A stretch of 64,000 nucleotides of DNA from Desulfomonilia bacterium (lineage in GTDB: Bacteria > Desulfobacterota > Desulfomonilia > UBA1062), in NCBI GenBank assembly GCA_050014195.1, contig JBEKDT010000002.1, positions 358,174 through 422,173 of the forward strand. Reading direction: 5' to 3'. Shown here in pieces: positions 19,878 to 28,626 of this stretch (positions are counted from its first letter, which is position 1; each line of letters begins with the position of its first letter). A program made the translations under genes and the position numbers. The notes beneath the pieces were generated by a model, which saw only the letters and a list, made by a program, of their open reading frames with translations, made no database searches and was not told where the DNA came from.

Positions 19878-21002
19878 GTGAACAAGAAAGTCGATGACAC
19901 ACGGGTCCATCCCCATCAGCAAATGCTTGCAAAGATATTCACCTCTGTCCGCCTCATGGGGCCGCCCATGAGTGAGAAGCTTCTGGAACTCGTTTGCCAT
20001 CTCTTCAGCCCGGAAGAGGCCTGCATTGCGATACATCTGCCCTTCTACCTGCCCAAGTCCCTTGAAAAGATCGCCCGCCGGACCCGGCAAAGTCCCAATG
20101 TAATCAGGCAGAATCTGGAGGTTATGGCACAGAGAAGGGTAATTTACGGTTCTGAGGAGGGATACGCCCTCCTGCCGCTCATCCCCGGCATGTTCGAGTA
20201 TCTGCTCATGGATGGGAGGGATTCGCCCTGGCACAGGAGATATGCACAGCTCATCAACGCCCTCTATGCCACCGGCTATACAAGTGAATACAGCACAAGG
20301 CCCTCTCCGCTCATCCGCAACATACCCGTGGAGACTGTCATAGAGAGCACGAACCGTGTTGTGGATTCAGACCTCATGAGCGAGATGATTGAAGCCCATG
20401 ATAAACTGGCTGTATTGAACGTATGCCAATGCAGGCAGTCACACATATTCTCGGACCACGAATGCAAACGGTCCAGTGCGGCTGACGGATGCCTCGTCTT
20501 CGGAAGCTTTGCCGAGGCTGCCGTTGAGAAGAGAAGCGGAAGATTTGTGAGCAGGGAAGAAATGCGGGATATCGTCCAGGACCGCTGGGAGAAAAACCTT
20601 GTCTTCATGTCGGCCAACCTCGTGCCTTCAAGCACGAATGCTATCTGCACGTGCTGCGACTGCTGCTGCCACTATATCGAATCCGTCAACCAGTTCGGCG
20701 GCCGGGTCTCCCTGGCCCGACCCCACTTCATCGTGGCTGTAGACGAATCCGCCTGCAATTCATGCGGCAGGTGTGCGAAGGTCTGTAACACATACGCCCA
20801 CACAGTGAAAGACAAGCAGCATGTCTACGATTCGGACCACTGCCTCGGGTGCGGCCTGTGCGTCAAGGCATGCCCGAAAAAGGCCGTCTCCATGAGAGAG
20901 AACAGCGACTATTCGCCGCCGTCCAAGAGTTGGCTGCATTTCGGACTGCGAATAATGCCGGCAAGCATTTTGACTCAAATCAGGGTGGCGATGTCGAGGT
21001 AG
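19878..21002 (+). CDS. 4Fe-4S dicluster domain protein
   Basis: CQCR, ICTCCDCCC, CNSCGRCAKVC, CLGCGLCVKACP. Confidence 0.88.
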   Translation: MNKKVDDTRVHPHQQMLAKIFTSVRLMGPPMSEKLLELVCHLFSPEEACIAIHLPFYLPKSLEKIARRTRQSPNVIRQNLEVMAQRRVIYGSEEGYALLPLIPGMFEYLLMDGRDSPWHRRYAQLINALYATGYTSEYSTRPSPLIRNIPVETVIESTNRVVDSDLMSEMIEAHDKLAVLNVCQCRQSHIFSDHECKRSSAADGCLVFGSFAEAAVEKRSGRFVSREEMRDIVQDRWEKNLVFMSANLVPSSTNAICTCCDCCCHYIESVNQFGGRVSLARPHFIVAVDESACNSCGRCAKVCNTYAHTVKDKQHVYDSDHCLGCGLCVKACPKKAVSMRENSDYSPPSKSWLHFGLRIMPASILTQIRVAMSR

Positions 21003-21055
21003 ATCGATCGGTACCCATCAGAAATAAAATGAACATATTGCAAGCGAGGTGAGGG

Positions 21056-21535
21056 ATGGAGACCTGGAAACTCCCGCCTAAGGCTAAAATATATGAGGCC
21101 ATGAGTGCGGTCGCCGACAACAGAATAAAGATCACGGGCACAACAAACGCCGAAGTAACCTCATCGTCGCATGACAAGACTTATACCGTGGTATGGAGCG
21201 AGGACCTCACCCGGATCACGTCCAATGACAATGCCTCCTATTGGCAGGGTTACTTGGGCTACCCCATCGTTGCGGTGCTCATGATGAGGGGGGATGTCAC
21301 CTTCGACAGGGAGATCACAGAGCACCTCAAAGGCATTCCCTGGAAAGATATCAACAAACGGTTCAGGAACGACTATGAAAAGGCCGTGGACTCGGTGCTG
21401 AGCTCGCTTGAAGAAAAGGGGATCGATACGGGTATTCTCACAGCAGAAATAGAACGGATCATGGCCCAGCTCGGGCATCTCTCATTAAAGAAACTCTCCA
21501 AGGGTGCACGACCACCGAAAGAACGGTCCGGCTGA
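21056..21535 (+). CDS. Conserved hypothetical protein
   Basis: Clean ORF with RBS GAGG; motifs WKLPPKAKIYEA and SNDNASYWQGYLGYP look conserved. Confidence 0.75.
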   Translation: METWKLPPKAKIYEAMSAVADNRIKITGTTNAEVTSSSHDKTYTVVWSEDLTRITSNDNASYWQGYLGYPIVAVLMMRGDVTFDREITEHLKGIPWKDINKRFRNDYEKAVDSVLSSLEEKGIDTGILTAEIERIMAQLGHLSLKKLSKGARPPKERSG

Positions 21536-21599
21536 CGATATTCTCACTTGTATCTGTTCCGTGCAGAAATGCCTTTTTAATTGTCGGCATAAGTCTTTA

Positions 21600-22874
21600 T
21601 CAAGTCAGCCAATGGGGCCGGTCAGACATCCAAACCCTCACCGTCTCGTGCAGCCAATCATCGAGTCCTTTCACCATATAAAATCGCGGGAAAAGGAGAT
21701 TGTCATGAGGGGAGATCACACCCTCATCAACGGCGATTTTCGCCAGGGTCGTATAAGGATAAATGCGGATGCCGATGGTAATCTTCAAGGCATCCAATCG
21801 AAGCGAATCAGCAAAGACAAGGCTTTCTTCAACCGACTCTTTCGTCTCGCCGGGACCTCCCAAAAGCAGGAAGCCCATCCTTTTTATCCCGAAGTCCTTC
21901 AGCATTTCAGAAGTCTTGAAGATTGTATCAAGGTTATACTTTTTATTCATGGTGCGAAGAATTCGCTCACAACCGCTTTCGAATCCCAAACTTACCTCTG
22001 TGCAACCGGCCCTTGACAAGAGATCAATAAATTCTTCATCAACCTTCCCGGGGTAAATGATGCACCGAAAGGATATCTTCAATCCGCTCTTCATAAGCTT
22101 AGAACAAATCTCTTTGGCATAGGGCAAAGGGATATTAAAGGTATTATCGACAAAATAGAACCGTTTGAATCCTGCATCAACGTGGCCGGCTATTTCCTCA
22201 ATGACTAATGAGGGACTTCGTTTCCTGATGGAGCGGCCTTCGATTACACTGGTTGAACAATAACTGCAGTCCATGGGACAGCCGCGCCTCGTCTGAACCG
22301 GCATCCATATCTCCTGTTCGTTGGAGACACTGAGAGACGAGATGAAGCTATCGGCCAAAGGCAACGTATCCAGGTTTTTCACAAACTTCCTTTTCCCCTG
22401 AAGTCCAAGACCCCGCAGATAGAGGCCGGGCGTTCCGGAAAAGCCTGCACCACGTCTGATCCGATCCAGAAGGATGGGGAATATGCCTTCTCCCTCTCCT
22501 TGTATTCCCATATCTGCTTCCAGATAATCCAAGACACTTTCCGGGAAGATGCTGTACCCTGCCCCGCCCAAGACGATTATGGCGCGAGAAAGATCTCGAC
22601 AATCCGTTACGGTTTTCTTGACCTGATCCAATAAAAATCTCGGGCCTTCCATCTTCTGGTCGTCTATATTTCTTACGGAGATGCCTATAACCTCTGGATG
22701 AAAGGTTTCAACTGCCTCCATGATGGACAACCGGTTGTCCTGCCGGGTCATAAGGTCAAGCAATCTTACCTCATGCCCTGCGTTTCGTGTCGCTGCGGCA
22801 ACACAATTCAATCCCAAGGGCAACGGAAGGATATTGATCTGTTCAGTATTTGCGGAAATGAGGAGTATTCGCAT
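21600..22874 (-). CDS. B12-binding radical SAM protein (lipid-biosynthesis type)
   Basis: N-terminal B12 domain (PLGL, GISVRNID, LGGAGYS) and RGCPMDCSYC. Confidence 0.9.
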   Translation of the reverse strand: MRILLISANTEQINILPLPLGLNCVAAATRNAGHEVRLLDLMTRQDNRLSIMEAVETFHPEVIGISVRNIDDQKMEGPRFLLDQVKKTVTDCRDLSRAIIVLGGAGYSIFPESVLDYLEADMGIQGEGEGIFPILLDRIRRGAGFSGTPGLYLRGLGLQGKRKFVKNLDTLPLADSFISSLSVSNEQEIWMPVQTRRGCPMDCSYCSTSVIEGRSIRKRSPSLVIEEIAGHVDAGFKRFYFVDNTFNIPLPYAKEICSKLMKSGLKISFRCIIYPGKVDEEFIDLLSRAGCTEVSLGFESGCERILRTMNKKYNLDTIFKTSEMLKDFGIKRMGFLLLGGPGETKESVEESLVFADSLRLDALKITIGIRIYPYTTLAKIAVDEGVISPHDNLLFPRFYMVKGLDDWLHETVRVWMSDRPHWLT

Positions 22875-23086
22875 GTTTTATTCTGACTCAAGGATGTTAG
22901 ATCAATATCGATCTTTTTTCAATAATCAAGAAAATGTGGCCAAATTAATAGTAAAAATGATGGACTGTTGCAATAGACAGGGTTCATGATACATAAGAGA
23001 AATGAGCGTAAGGGTCTGATCTTGATGAAAACGCAAACCCTTGCAGATGATGTCCAGTTCAATGACAAAGGGGAGTATTACCCGTC

Positions 23087-24658
23087 ATGTCCTCTATAAG
23101 GATTGAGATCTGGGTCGTTATTTCAATCTTTGTCTTGCTCTTCTTCCTCATTCCCGGTATTAACCACGGGTTGTGGAGGCCTGATGAACCACGGGTTGCA
23201 GGCATATGTGCCGAGATGGCACGGACCCATGATTTTGTCATTCCCCATCTAAACGGCAAGCCCTTTCTCGAAAAGCCTCCCCTTTACTATGCTGCAGGGG
23301 CTCTCGCCGGTTCTCTCCTCGGAGTGGATAGCGACATCCCTTACCGCCTTGTATCGCTCTTCTTCGGCACTCTCACGATCATTATTACCTTTTTAGCGGC
23401 ATCAAGAAAGGGCGGGCCCATCATGGGCATCATTGCAGGGGGTATCCTGGCAAGCTCATGGGAGTTCTTCATGTTATGCAGGTGGATACAGGTGGATGTC
23501 ATCCTTGTTTTTGGTGTGACTATTGCCATGTATGCATATCAAAAATGGCTGGATTCCGCCAAGGCCTCCTATTCCATCCTTTTAGGCCTTGCTGTGGGGA
23601 TCGCCTTCATGGGGAAAGGCATGGTCGGACCGGCGATCGTTGCTGCTGCCGTATTAACTGATATCATACGCCGCAGAGATCTCGGTACATTCAGGCGGAT
23701 CAGGCCGTTTGTGGTTCTTGCATTCATACTTATTGCTGTACTGCCCTGGATTGTCGCCCTCTGGGCCCGCGGAGGCTGGCCTTTCATCAGAGAGGTAATC
23801 GTGGTGAACAACCTCATGCGTTTCACGGGCGCTCCCGAAGGTGCGGCACTCGGGCATCAGAACGGCCCCCTGTATTATCTTGAACACTTTCCGGGGAATT
23901 TTCTGCCATGGACCCTGATCTTTATCCCTGCTTTCATTGCATCCATCAGGAAGTTCAAGGATGACCCCTATATCTGCTGGTTCATCGCCCCGTTCATCCT
24001 TCTATCCATCGCTTCGACCAAGAGGGGCTTATACCTGGTGCCGTTGTACCCCGCTGCTGCATGCATGATAGCAGACTGGATCTCGAATGCGCACCTAATG
24101 AAATGGGAAGAGCTTCTCATAAAGATTACCTGGGCCGTCTCTATCGCCGGCTGTCTTGCCCCCTTCGCCGGCGCTTTTCTCGGGATGCCGGCACTCGGGA
24201 TAGCTTTTGGTATGCTCGCAGTCTTCTCTCTGGTTCTCATCACAAGGGCGAGGGTGAAACAGCAAGAGGCCGTATCCCTGGTCATGATGGTGTGCATAGC
24301 CATGTGCGCATGCACGATGATATATTTCCCCTACATGAAGCCGGACAAGGACTACCTTGGTTTTGCACAGCAGGCCCTTGCTGCGGCGGGCAACAGCGAG
24401 ATAACCCTTATCGACACTGATGAGTCATTGGAGGGGGTGTTCCCTCTTGTTGCCGGCAAGACCGCAAGAGAGGTGTCTTCTCGAACGGATATCAGGGATG
24501 AGGGTTTCTATCTCTTGGCCGGGAATAACGATACATTCATGAAGGCATTGCAACAGCGATCCAGGGTGGAGGTATTCATGGAGAGGAAGCTGGGTCAGAA
24601 AACGACACGGCTTTTGTATATCAGGCCCGACACGGCCGGTAAAAAACCAAACATCTAG
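23087..24658 (+). CDS. ArnT/PMT-like membrane glycosyltransferase
   Basis: PDEPR, EKPPLYY, KG, FLPW, KRGLY; multiple TM helices. Confidence 0.9.
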   Translation: MSSIRIEIWVVISIFVLLFFLIPGINHGLWRPDEPRVAGICAEMARTHDFVIPHLNGKPFLEKPPLYYAAGALAGSLLGVDSDIPYRLVSLFFGTLTIIITFLAASRKGGPIMGIIAGGILASSWEFFMLCRWIQVDVILVFGVTIAMYAYQKWLDSAKASYSILLGLAVGIAFMGKGMVGPAIVAAAVLTDIIRRRDLGTFRRIRPFVVLAFILIAVLPWIVALWARGGWPFIREVIVVNNLMRFTGAPEGAALGHQNGPLYYLEHFPGNFLPWTLIFIPAFIASIRKFKDDPYICWFIAPFILLSIASTKRGLYLVPLYPAAACMIADWISNAHLMKWEELLIKITWAVSIAGCLAPFAGAFLGMPALGIAFGMLAVFSLVLITRARVKQQEAVSLVMMVCIAMCACTMIYFPYMKPDKDYLGFAQQALAAAGNSEITLIDTDESLEGVFPLVAGKTAREVSSRTDIRDEGFYLLAGNNDTFMKALQQRSRVEVFMERKLGQKTTRLLYIRPDTAGKKPNI

Positions 24659-24692
24659 GCGATTCCATCCGTTCATCATACGTTCTCCGGCA

Positions 24693-25385
24693 CTAAGTGA
24701 TATCTCCTATTCCCCTTCCACCGGGACAATTGCCCCTGCAGGCATGGCAGGTTTCCAAGGTATAACCTTTTAACGTAGTGACGATAGACTTCTCCCTGCA
24801 GTTTTTCTGTATTACCCTTGATCCGTCCAGGGCCTTGCCGGGGCAATTATCAACGCACAGGCTGCACTTCCCGGAACAGAACATATACCGCGCAATCGGG
24901 TCTTCATCCAGTGCTTCGTCTAAAAGCATTGCCCCAATCGTAATCCTGTTTCCGAACACATCATTGGTGAGCAGGGTGTTCTTTCCCATAACACCCAATC
25001 CGGCCATATACCCGGCATGCTTCAGCGACAGTATCCCCTTGCCTTCTTTTGCATCTGCATCCCAGTACTCATACGGCTCACTCGGGATCGGCACTGCGAT
25101 AACACCTGCATCCTGCAGATCAAGTGAAAGCCGGCAGGTTAGACGGAATACCTCATGAAGGATAGTCTCTGATGCAAACGTGTATGGAACAGGGCTTGCC
25201 GAATAAAAGGCGCCCTCGGGGAAACGCTTTGCCAGTACAACAACCGACCTCGTGCCGGAGAAAATATCTCTTGGCCCGAAACCTTGCGGTGCATCTTTGA
25301 ACCTTTCAACCGGTGCGATCCCGCACAGGTCCGCACCAAGATTCTTAGCCATACTCTTCAGTCTTTTTGCAGTCATCTTTTTCAT
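24693..25385 (-). CDS. Epoxyqueuosine-reductase-like (QueG-like) Fe-S/cobalamin protein
   Basis: GADLCGIA, LSLKHAGYMAGLG..GKN, CSGKCSLCVDNCP, CHACRGNCP; RBS GGAGG before ATG 25385. Confidence 0.8.
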   Translation of the reverse strand: MKKMTAKRLKSMAKNLGADLCGIAPVERFKDAPQGFGPRDIFSGTRSVVVLAKRFPEGAFYSASPVPYTFASETILHEVFRLTCRLSLDLQDAGVIAVPIPSEPYEYWDADAKEGKGILSLKHAGYMAGLGVMGKNTLLTNDVFGNRITIGAMLLDEALDEDPIARYMFCSGKCSLCVDNCPGKALDGSRVIQKNCREKSIVTTLKGYTLETCHACRGNCPGGRGIGDIT

Positions 25386-25433
25386 GTGATCTTTCCTCCG
25401 TGACATCGGATGCACTTCATATTTTTTCATCAT

Positions 25434-25622
25434 CTAATGCAGGCAGGCAACGGATAGAGAAAACAATACGGATGCTATTATCCAGAACAAGGCCTTTATC
25501 ATCCCCAGGAAAGTCGCCGCTTCCCGATACCGGCAAAGAGACTCCTCTCTCGGGACATACCTGATCGAGTACTCAGGGGTGAACAGATACACGATATATG
25601 CAATCACCTTGCCCACTTTCAT
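25434..25622 (-). CDS. Small hypothetical membrane protein divergent from LysR
   Basis: 62-aa ORF with hydrophobic C-terminus, first gene of the divergent unit. Confidence 0.45.
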   Translation of the reverse strand: MKVGKVIAYIVYLFTPEYSIRYVPREESLCRYREAATFLGMIKALFWIIASVLFSLSVACLH

Positions 25623-25738
25623 ACTTCCATACATTGCAGCCTGCTGTCCATAATGATTCCCTACAGTATTTTACTTGGTCGAATCCAATCGTCATATCTG
25701 ATGGACACGTTCACAAATCCTGATTATATACCCTTTAT

Positions 25739-26620
25739 ATGGAACTCTATCAGCTGCGGACCTTTGTAACGGTGGCAGAGGAAGGGCACCTGACACGTGC
25801 CGCAGGAAAGCTTTTTACGAGTCAACCCGCCATCAGCGCCCATATCAAGGCCCTCGAAGAGGAATTGGGAGTGCCCTTGTTCGTACGGACACCCAAGGGT
25901 ATGCAGCTCACCAAAGAGGGTGAATTGCTCAAGGCCCAGGCGGAAAAGGCCTTGGACACGATTAAGGAGATGCACCATCAGGCAAAGGTGCTCCAGGGGG
26001 ACATCCTGGGCACGGTCCGCCTCGGTCTGAACATTGACCCCAGGTTCCTGAAGATCAGCGAATTCTTTTCCATGATGTCGTCTAAATATCCCCGGCTGGA
26101 ATTCCACCTGCTCCAGAACATGTCGTGGGAGGTACTTGACAAGATCAAGTCCGGCGGGCTCGATGCGGGCTATATATTCGGCAACAATGAGTATCCCGAG
26201 ATCGTCACCATACCCTTATCCGATTTCGATCTCAGGATCGTCGGACCCGCCCACTGGAAAGATGATCTCAAAGGCGCCGGCTGGCAGCGGATCGCCGAGA
26301 TGCCCTGGATCTGGGTTCCCCCCATGTGCCCATACTATAAGATCGTGGGTAGCGTGTTTGAAAAGAAAGGCCTCAAGCCATTTAAGGTCGCACTGGCTGA
26401 TGGAGACTACATCTGCAGGGCCCTTGTCTCATCAGGGGTCGGGTTGACCATCATGATCGAGGAGGAAGCCCTGGAAGCCCAAAAAGAAGGCAAGGTAGTC
26501 ATTTGGGAAAAGGAGCGCTTTCAGGTACGACTATCCTTTGCCTACCTCGGGAACCGCTCAGACGACCCCGATATCCGCACCGTCATTGATGGAATCCGCA
26601 CGGTGTGGGGAGTCGCATGA
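25739..26620 (+). CDS. LysR family transcriptional regulator
   Basis: LYQLRTF...SQPAISAHIKALEEELGVPLFVRT HTH. Confidence 0.95.
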   Translation: MELYQLRTFVTVAEEGHLTRAAGKLFTSQPAISAHIKALEEELGVPLFVRTPKGMQLTKEGELLKAQAEKALDTIKEMHHQAKVLQGDILGTVRLGLNIDPRFLKISEFFSMMSSKYPRLEFHLLQNMSWEVLDKIKSGGLDAGYIFGNNEYPEIVTIPLSDFDLRIVGPAHWKDDLKGAGWQRIAEMPWIWVPPMCPYYKIVGSVFEKKGLKPFKVALADGDYICRALVSSGVGLTIMIEEEALEAQKEGKVVIWEKERFQVRLSFAYLGNRSDDPDIRTVIDGIRTVWGVA

Positions 26621-26638
26621 TTTGTATTACAACGTTGC

Positions 26639-27691
26639 TTACTCTCCCTTATGATCGGATTCATGATCCAGGAGAAATTTCTTTCGCCACAACCCGCCGC
26701 CATACCCCACCAGGGACCCATCTTTGCCGATTACCCTGTGGCATGGAATGATGATGGAAATCCTGTTGTCGTGGTTCGCCTTCGCAACAGCCCTTAGGGC
26801 CTTGGGCTTCCCAATAATCTCCGCCTGCTCACTGTAAGAACGGGTCTCGCCGTAGGGTATGGTCTGTAAGGCCTGCCACACCTCTTGCTGGAAAGGTGTG
26901 CCCTGCAATACCAAGGGGAGACGGAATTCTTTGCGTGTCCCGGCAAAATATTCTTCCACCTGTTTATTCAGCGCCTCAAAATGTCTGTTGGAACCGGGGA
27001 CGAACTCTGCGCTCAGTATCCTTTTCAACCTCGATAGCTGCGTCTCCAGCATCCTTCTATCAATGAATTCCAGAAGGCAGATCCCTTCATCGGTCGCCCC
27101 AGCCAGCATAGGGCCTAACGGGGTCAAGATCCTTGTTACGGTAATAAGCCGATGATGCCGGCTCGTGTTCGGCGAGAACCCTGTCGTCTTTTTGAATGAC
27201 TCGGTGAATCCGCCCAACGACTCATAGCCGGATTCAAATGCCGCATCGATGACCTTCTCCCCGAACTGAATCCTTCCGAATGCCTGGCCGATCCGTAATG
27301 TCCGCAGATAGGACTGGAAGGTCATCCCGTGATGTGTTTGAAACCACCGCCGGAGACGGTTCGGGTCGATCCCCCGTTGTTTCAGGTCACGGTCTTTCAA
27401 TCTGATCCCCGGGGCGGAATCGATCTCATGAAGAAGGGGCCTCAGCCAGTCAGGGGTCTCCCCTTTGTAGCCCAGCGGGTTACAGATCTTGCAGGGCCGG
27501 TATCCATGCATAAGGGCTTCGCGGGCTGATTGGAAGAACTCGACATTCTCCTGTTTGGGTTTGCGTGCAGTGCAGGTGGGGCGGCAGAATATGCCCGTGG
27601 TCTTTACCCCTACGATGAAGATACCTTCAAAGGTGCTGTCTTTCTGCAGCATGGCGTTATACAGAGTCTTCGTATCGGGTAATGCCTGCAT
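26639..27691 (-). CDS. ada: Bifunctional Ada regulator / O6-methylguanine-DNA methyltransferase
   Basis: GIFCRPTC and RPCKIC Zn site, AraC HTH, IPCHRV active site; RBS GGGAG before ATG 27691. Confidence 0.92.
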   Translation of the reverse strand: MQALPDTKTLYNAMLQKDSTFEGIFIVGVKTTGIFCRPTCTARKPKQENVEFFQSAREALMHGYRPCKICNPLGYKGETPDWLRPLLHEIDSAPGIRLKDRDLKQRGIDPNRLRRWFQTHHGMTFQSYLRTLRIGQAFGRIQFGEKVIDAAFESGYESLGGFTESFKKTTGFSPNTSRHHRLITVTRILTPLGPMLAGATDEGICLLEFIDRRMLETQLSRLKRILSAEFVPGSNRHFEALNKQVEEYFAGTRKEFRLPLVLQGTPFQQEVWQALQTIPYGETRSYSEQAEIIGKPKALRAVAKANHDNRISIIIPCHRVIGKDGSLVGYGGGLWRKKFLLDHESDHKGE

Positions 27692-27858
27692 CGTATAATC
27701 TCCCTTTATCCCTGGGTCGTTTGTGGCACTCATCATCATTTCCTTCAATAAGGGCTGTCTGAAAAACGGGCAACCGGAAATTTAACAACCAATTTTCGAT
27801 CGTTTGTTGAAAAAGTCCCAATTATTTAATAGAATGTTTATCTTGGTTCCTTTTAGAT

Positions 27859-27876
27859 TAGCGCTTTGTTGAGCCA
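27859..27876 (-). mobile_element. attC R''-like half-site after the VIT1 gene (integron cassette relic)
   Basis: Minus strand GCTCAAC (RYYYAAC) followed by AAAGCGCT, 8 nt after the stop; no matching right arm seen. Confidence 0.3.
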
Positions 27877-27882
27877 CATCAC

Positions 27883-28602
27883 CTATATAGCCATGCTGAA
27901 GAGCCTTCCAACGCCTGCAGTGAGCCCCATTGCGAGTGCTCCCCAGAAGGAAACTCGCACTGCACCCCTGACAATAGACGCGCCACCAGCGTATGCGGCG
28001 GTTCCACCCAGAATAACCAAAGTGGCCAGTGCTGTCGCAGATGAGACTTCAGTAACCCAGGCTGAAGGTGCCAGTAACACTGTTGCAATTGGAACGATGG
28101 CACCAACAGCGAAAGAAATTGCAGAGGCAAGAGCGGCTTGGATTGGCCGCGCCCGTAGGGCCTCTGTAATGCCAAGTTCATCATGGGCGTGCGTCCCAAG
28201 AGCATCACTCGACATCAGCTTTTCTGCTACGAGTCGAGCCAGCGGTTGGTCAAGCCCTCGGCTCACATAAATTGAGGTCAGTTCTGCGAGTTCGCGCTCT
28301 GGTTGAATTTCCAATTCATGCTTTTCTCTCTCGATGTCCGCGCCTTCGGTATCTGCTTGCGACTGCATCGATACATATTCACCTGCCGCCATTGACATTG
28401 CGCCTGCCACCAGGCCTGCCACACCCGTAAGGAGAACACTACTTTGTGGAGCGCCGGAAGCGGCTATGCCAACAACAAGGCTTGCAACCGAAATAGTCCC
28501 GTCATTAGCACCAAGGACAGCGGCTCGAAGCCAGCCAATTCGACCCGATCTGTGGGACTCCTTATGAATCTGGGACATCAACAAAGTCTCCTTATAGCTC
28601 AT
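27883..28602 (-). CDS. VIT1/CCC1 family Fe/Mn transporter
   Basis: WLRAAVLGANDG, AGAMSMAAGEYVS, HAHDELG. Confidence 0.93.
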   Translation of the reverse strand: MSYKETLLMSQIHKESHRSGRIGWLRAAVLGANDGTISVASLVVGIAASGAPQSSVLLTGVAGLVAGAMSMAAGEYVSMQSQADTEGADIEREKHELEIQPERELAELTSIYVSRGLDQPLARLVAEKLMSSDALGTHAHDELGITEALRARPIQAALASAISFAVGAIVPIATVLLAPSAWVTEVSSATALATLVILGGTAAYAGGASIVRGAVRVSFWGALAMGLTAGVGRLFSMAI

Positions 28603-28626
28603 TCTCTATGAGGGGCTACCTCTATT

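Noticed and set aside
23012-23024. GGGTCTGATCTTG resembling the REP-like end at 60035-60051
   Set aside because: Short, mismatched and without supporting context.
27751-27820. IS-terminus-like strings AGGGCTGTCTGAAAAA and GTTGAAAAAGTCCC upstream of ada
   Set aside because: No transposase or matching inverted partner; they may simply be promoter sequence.
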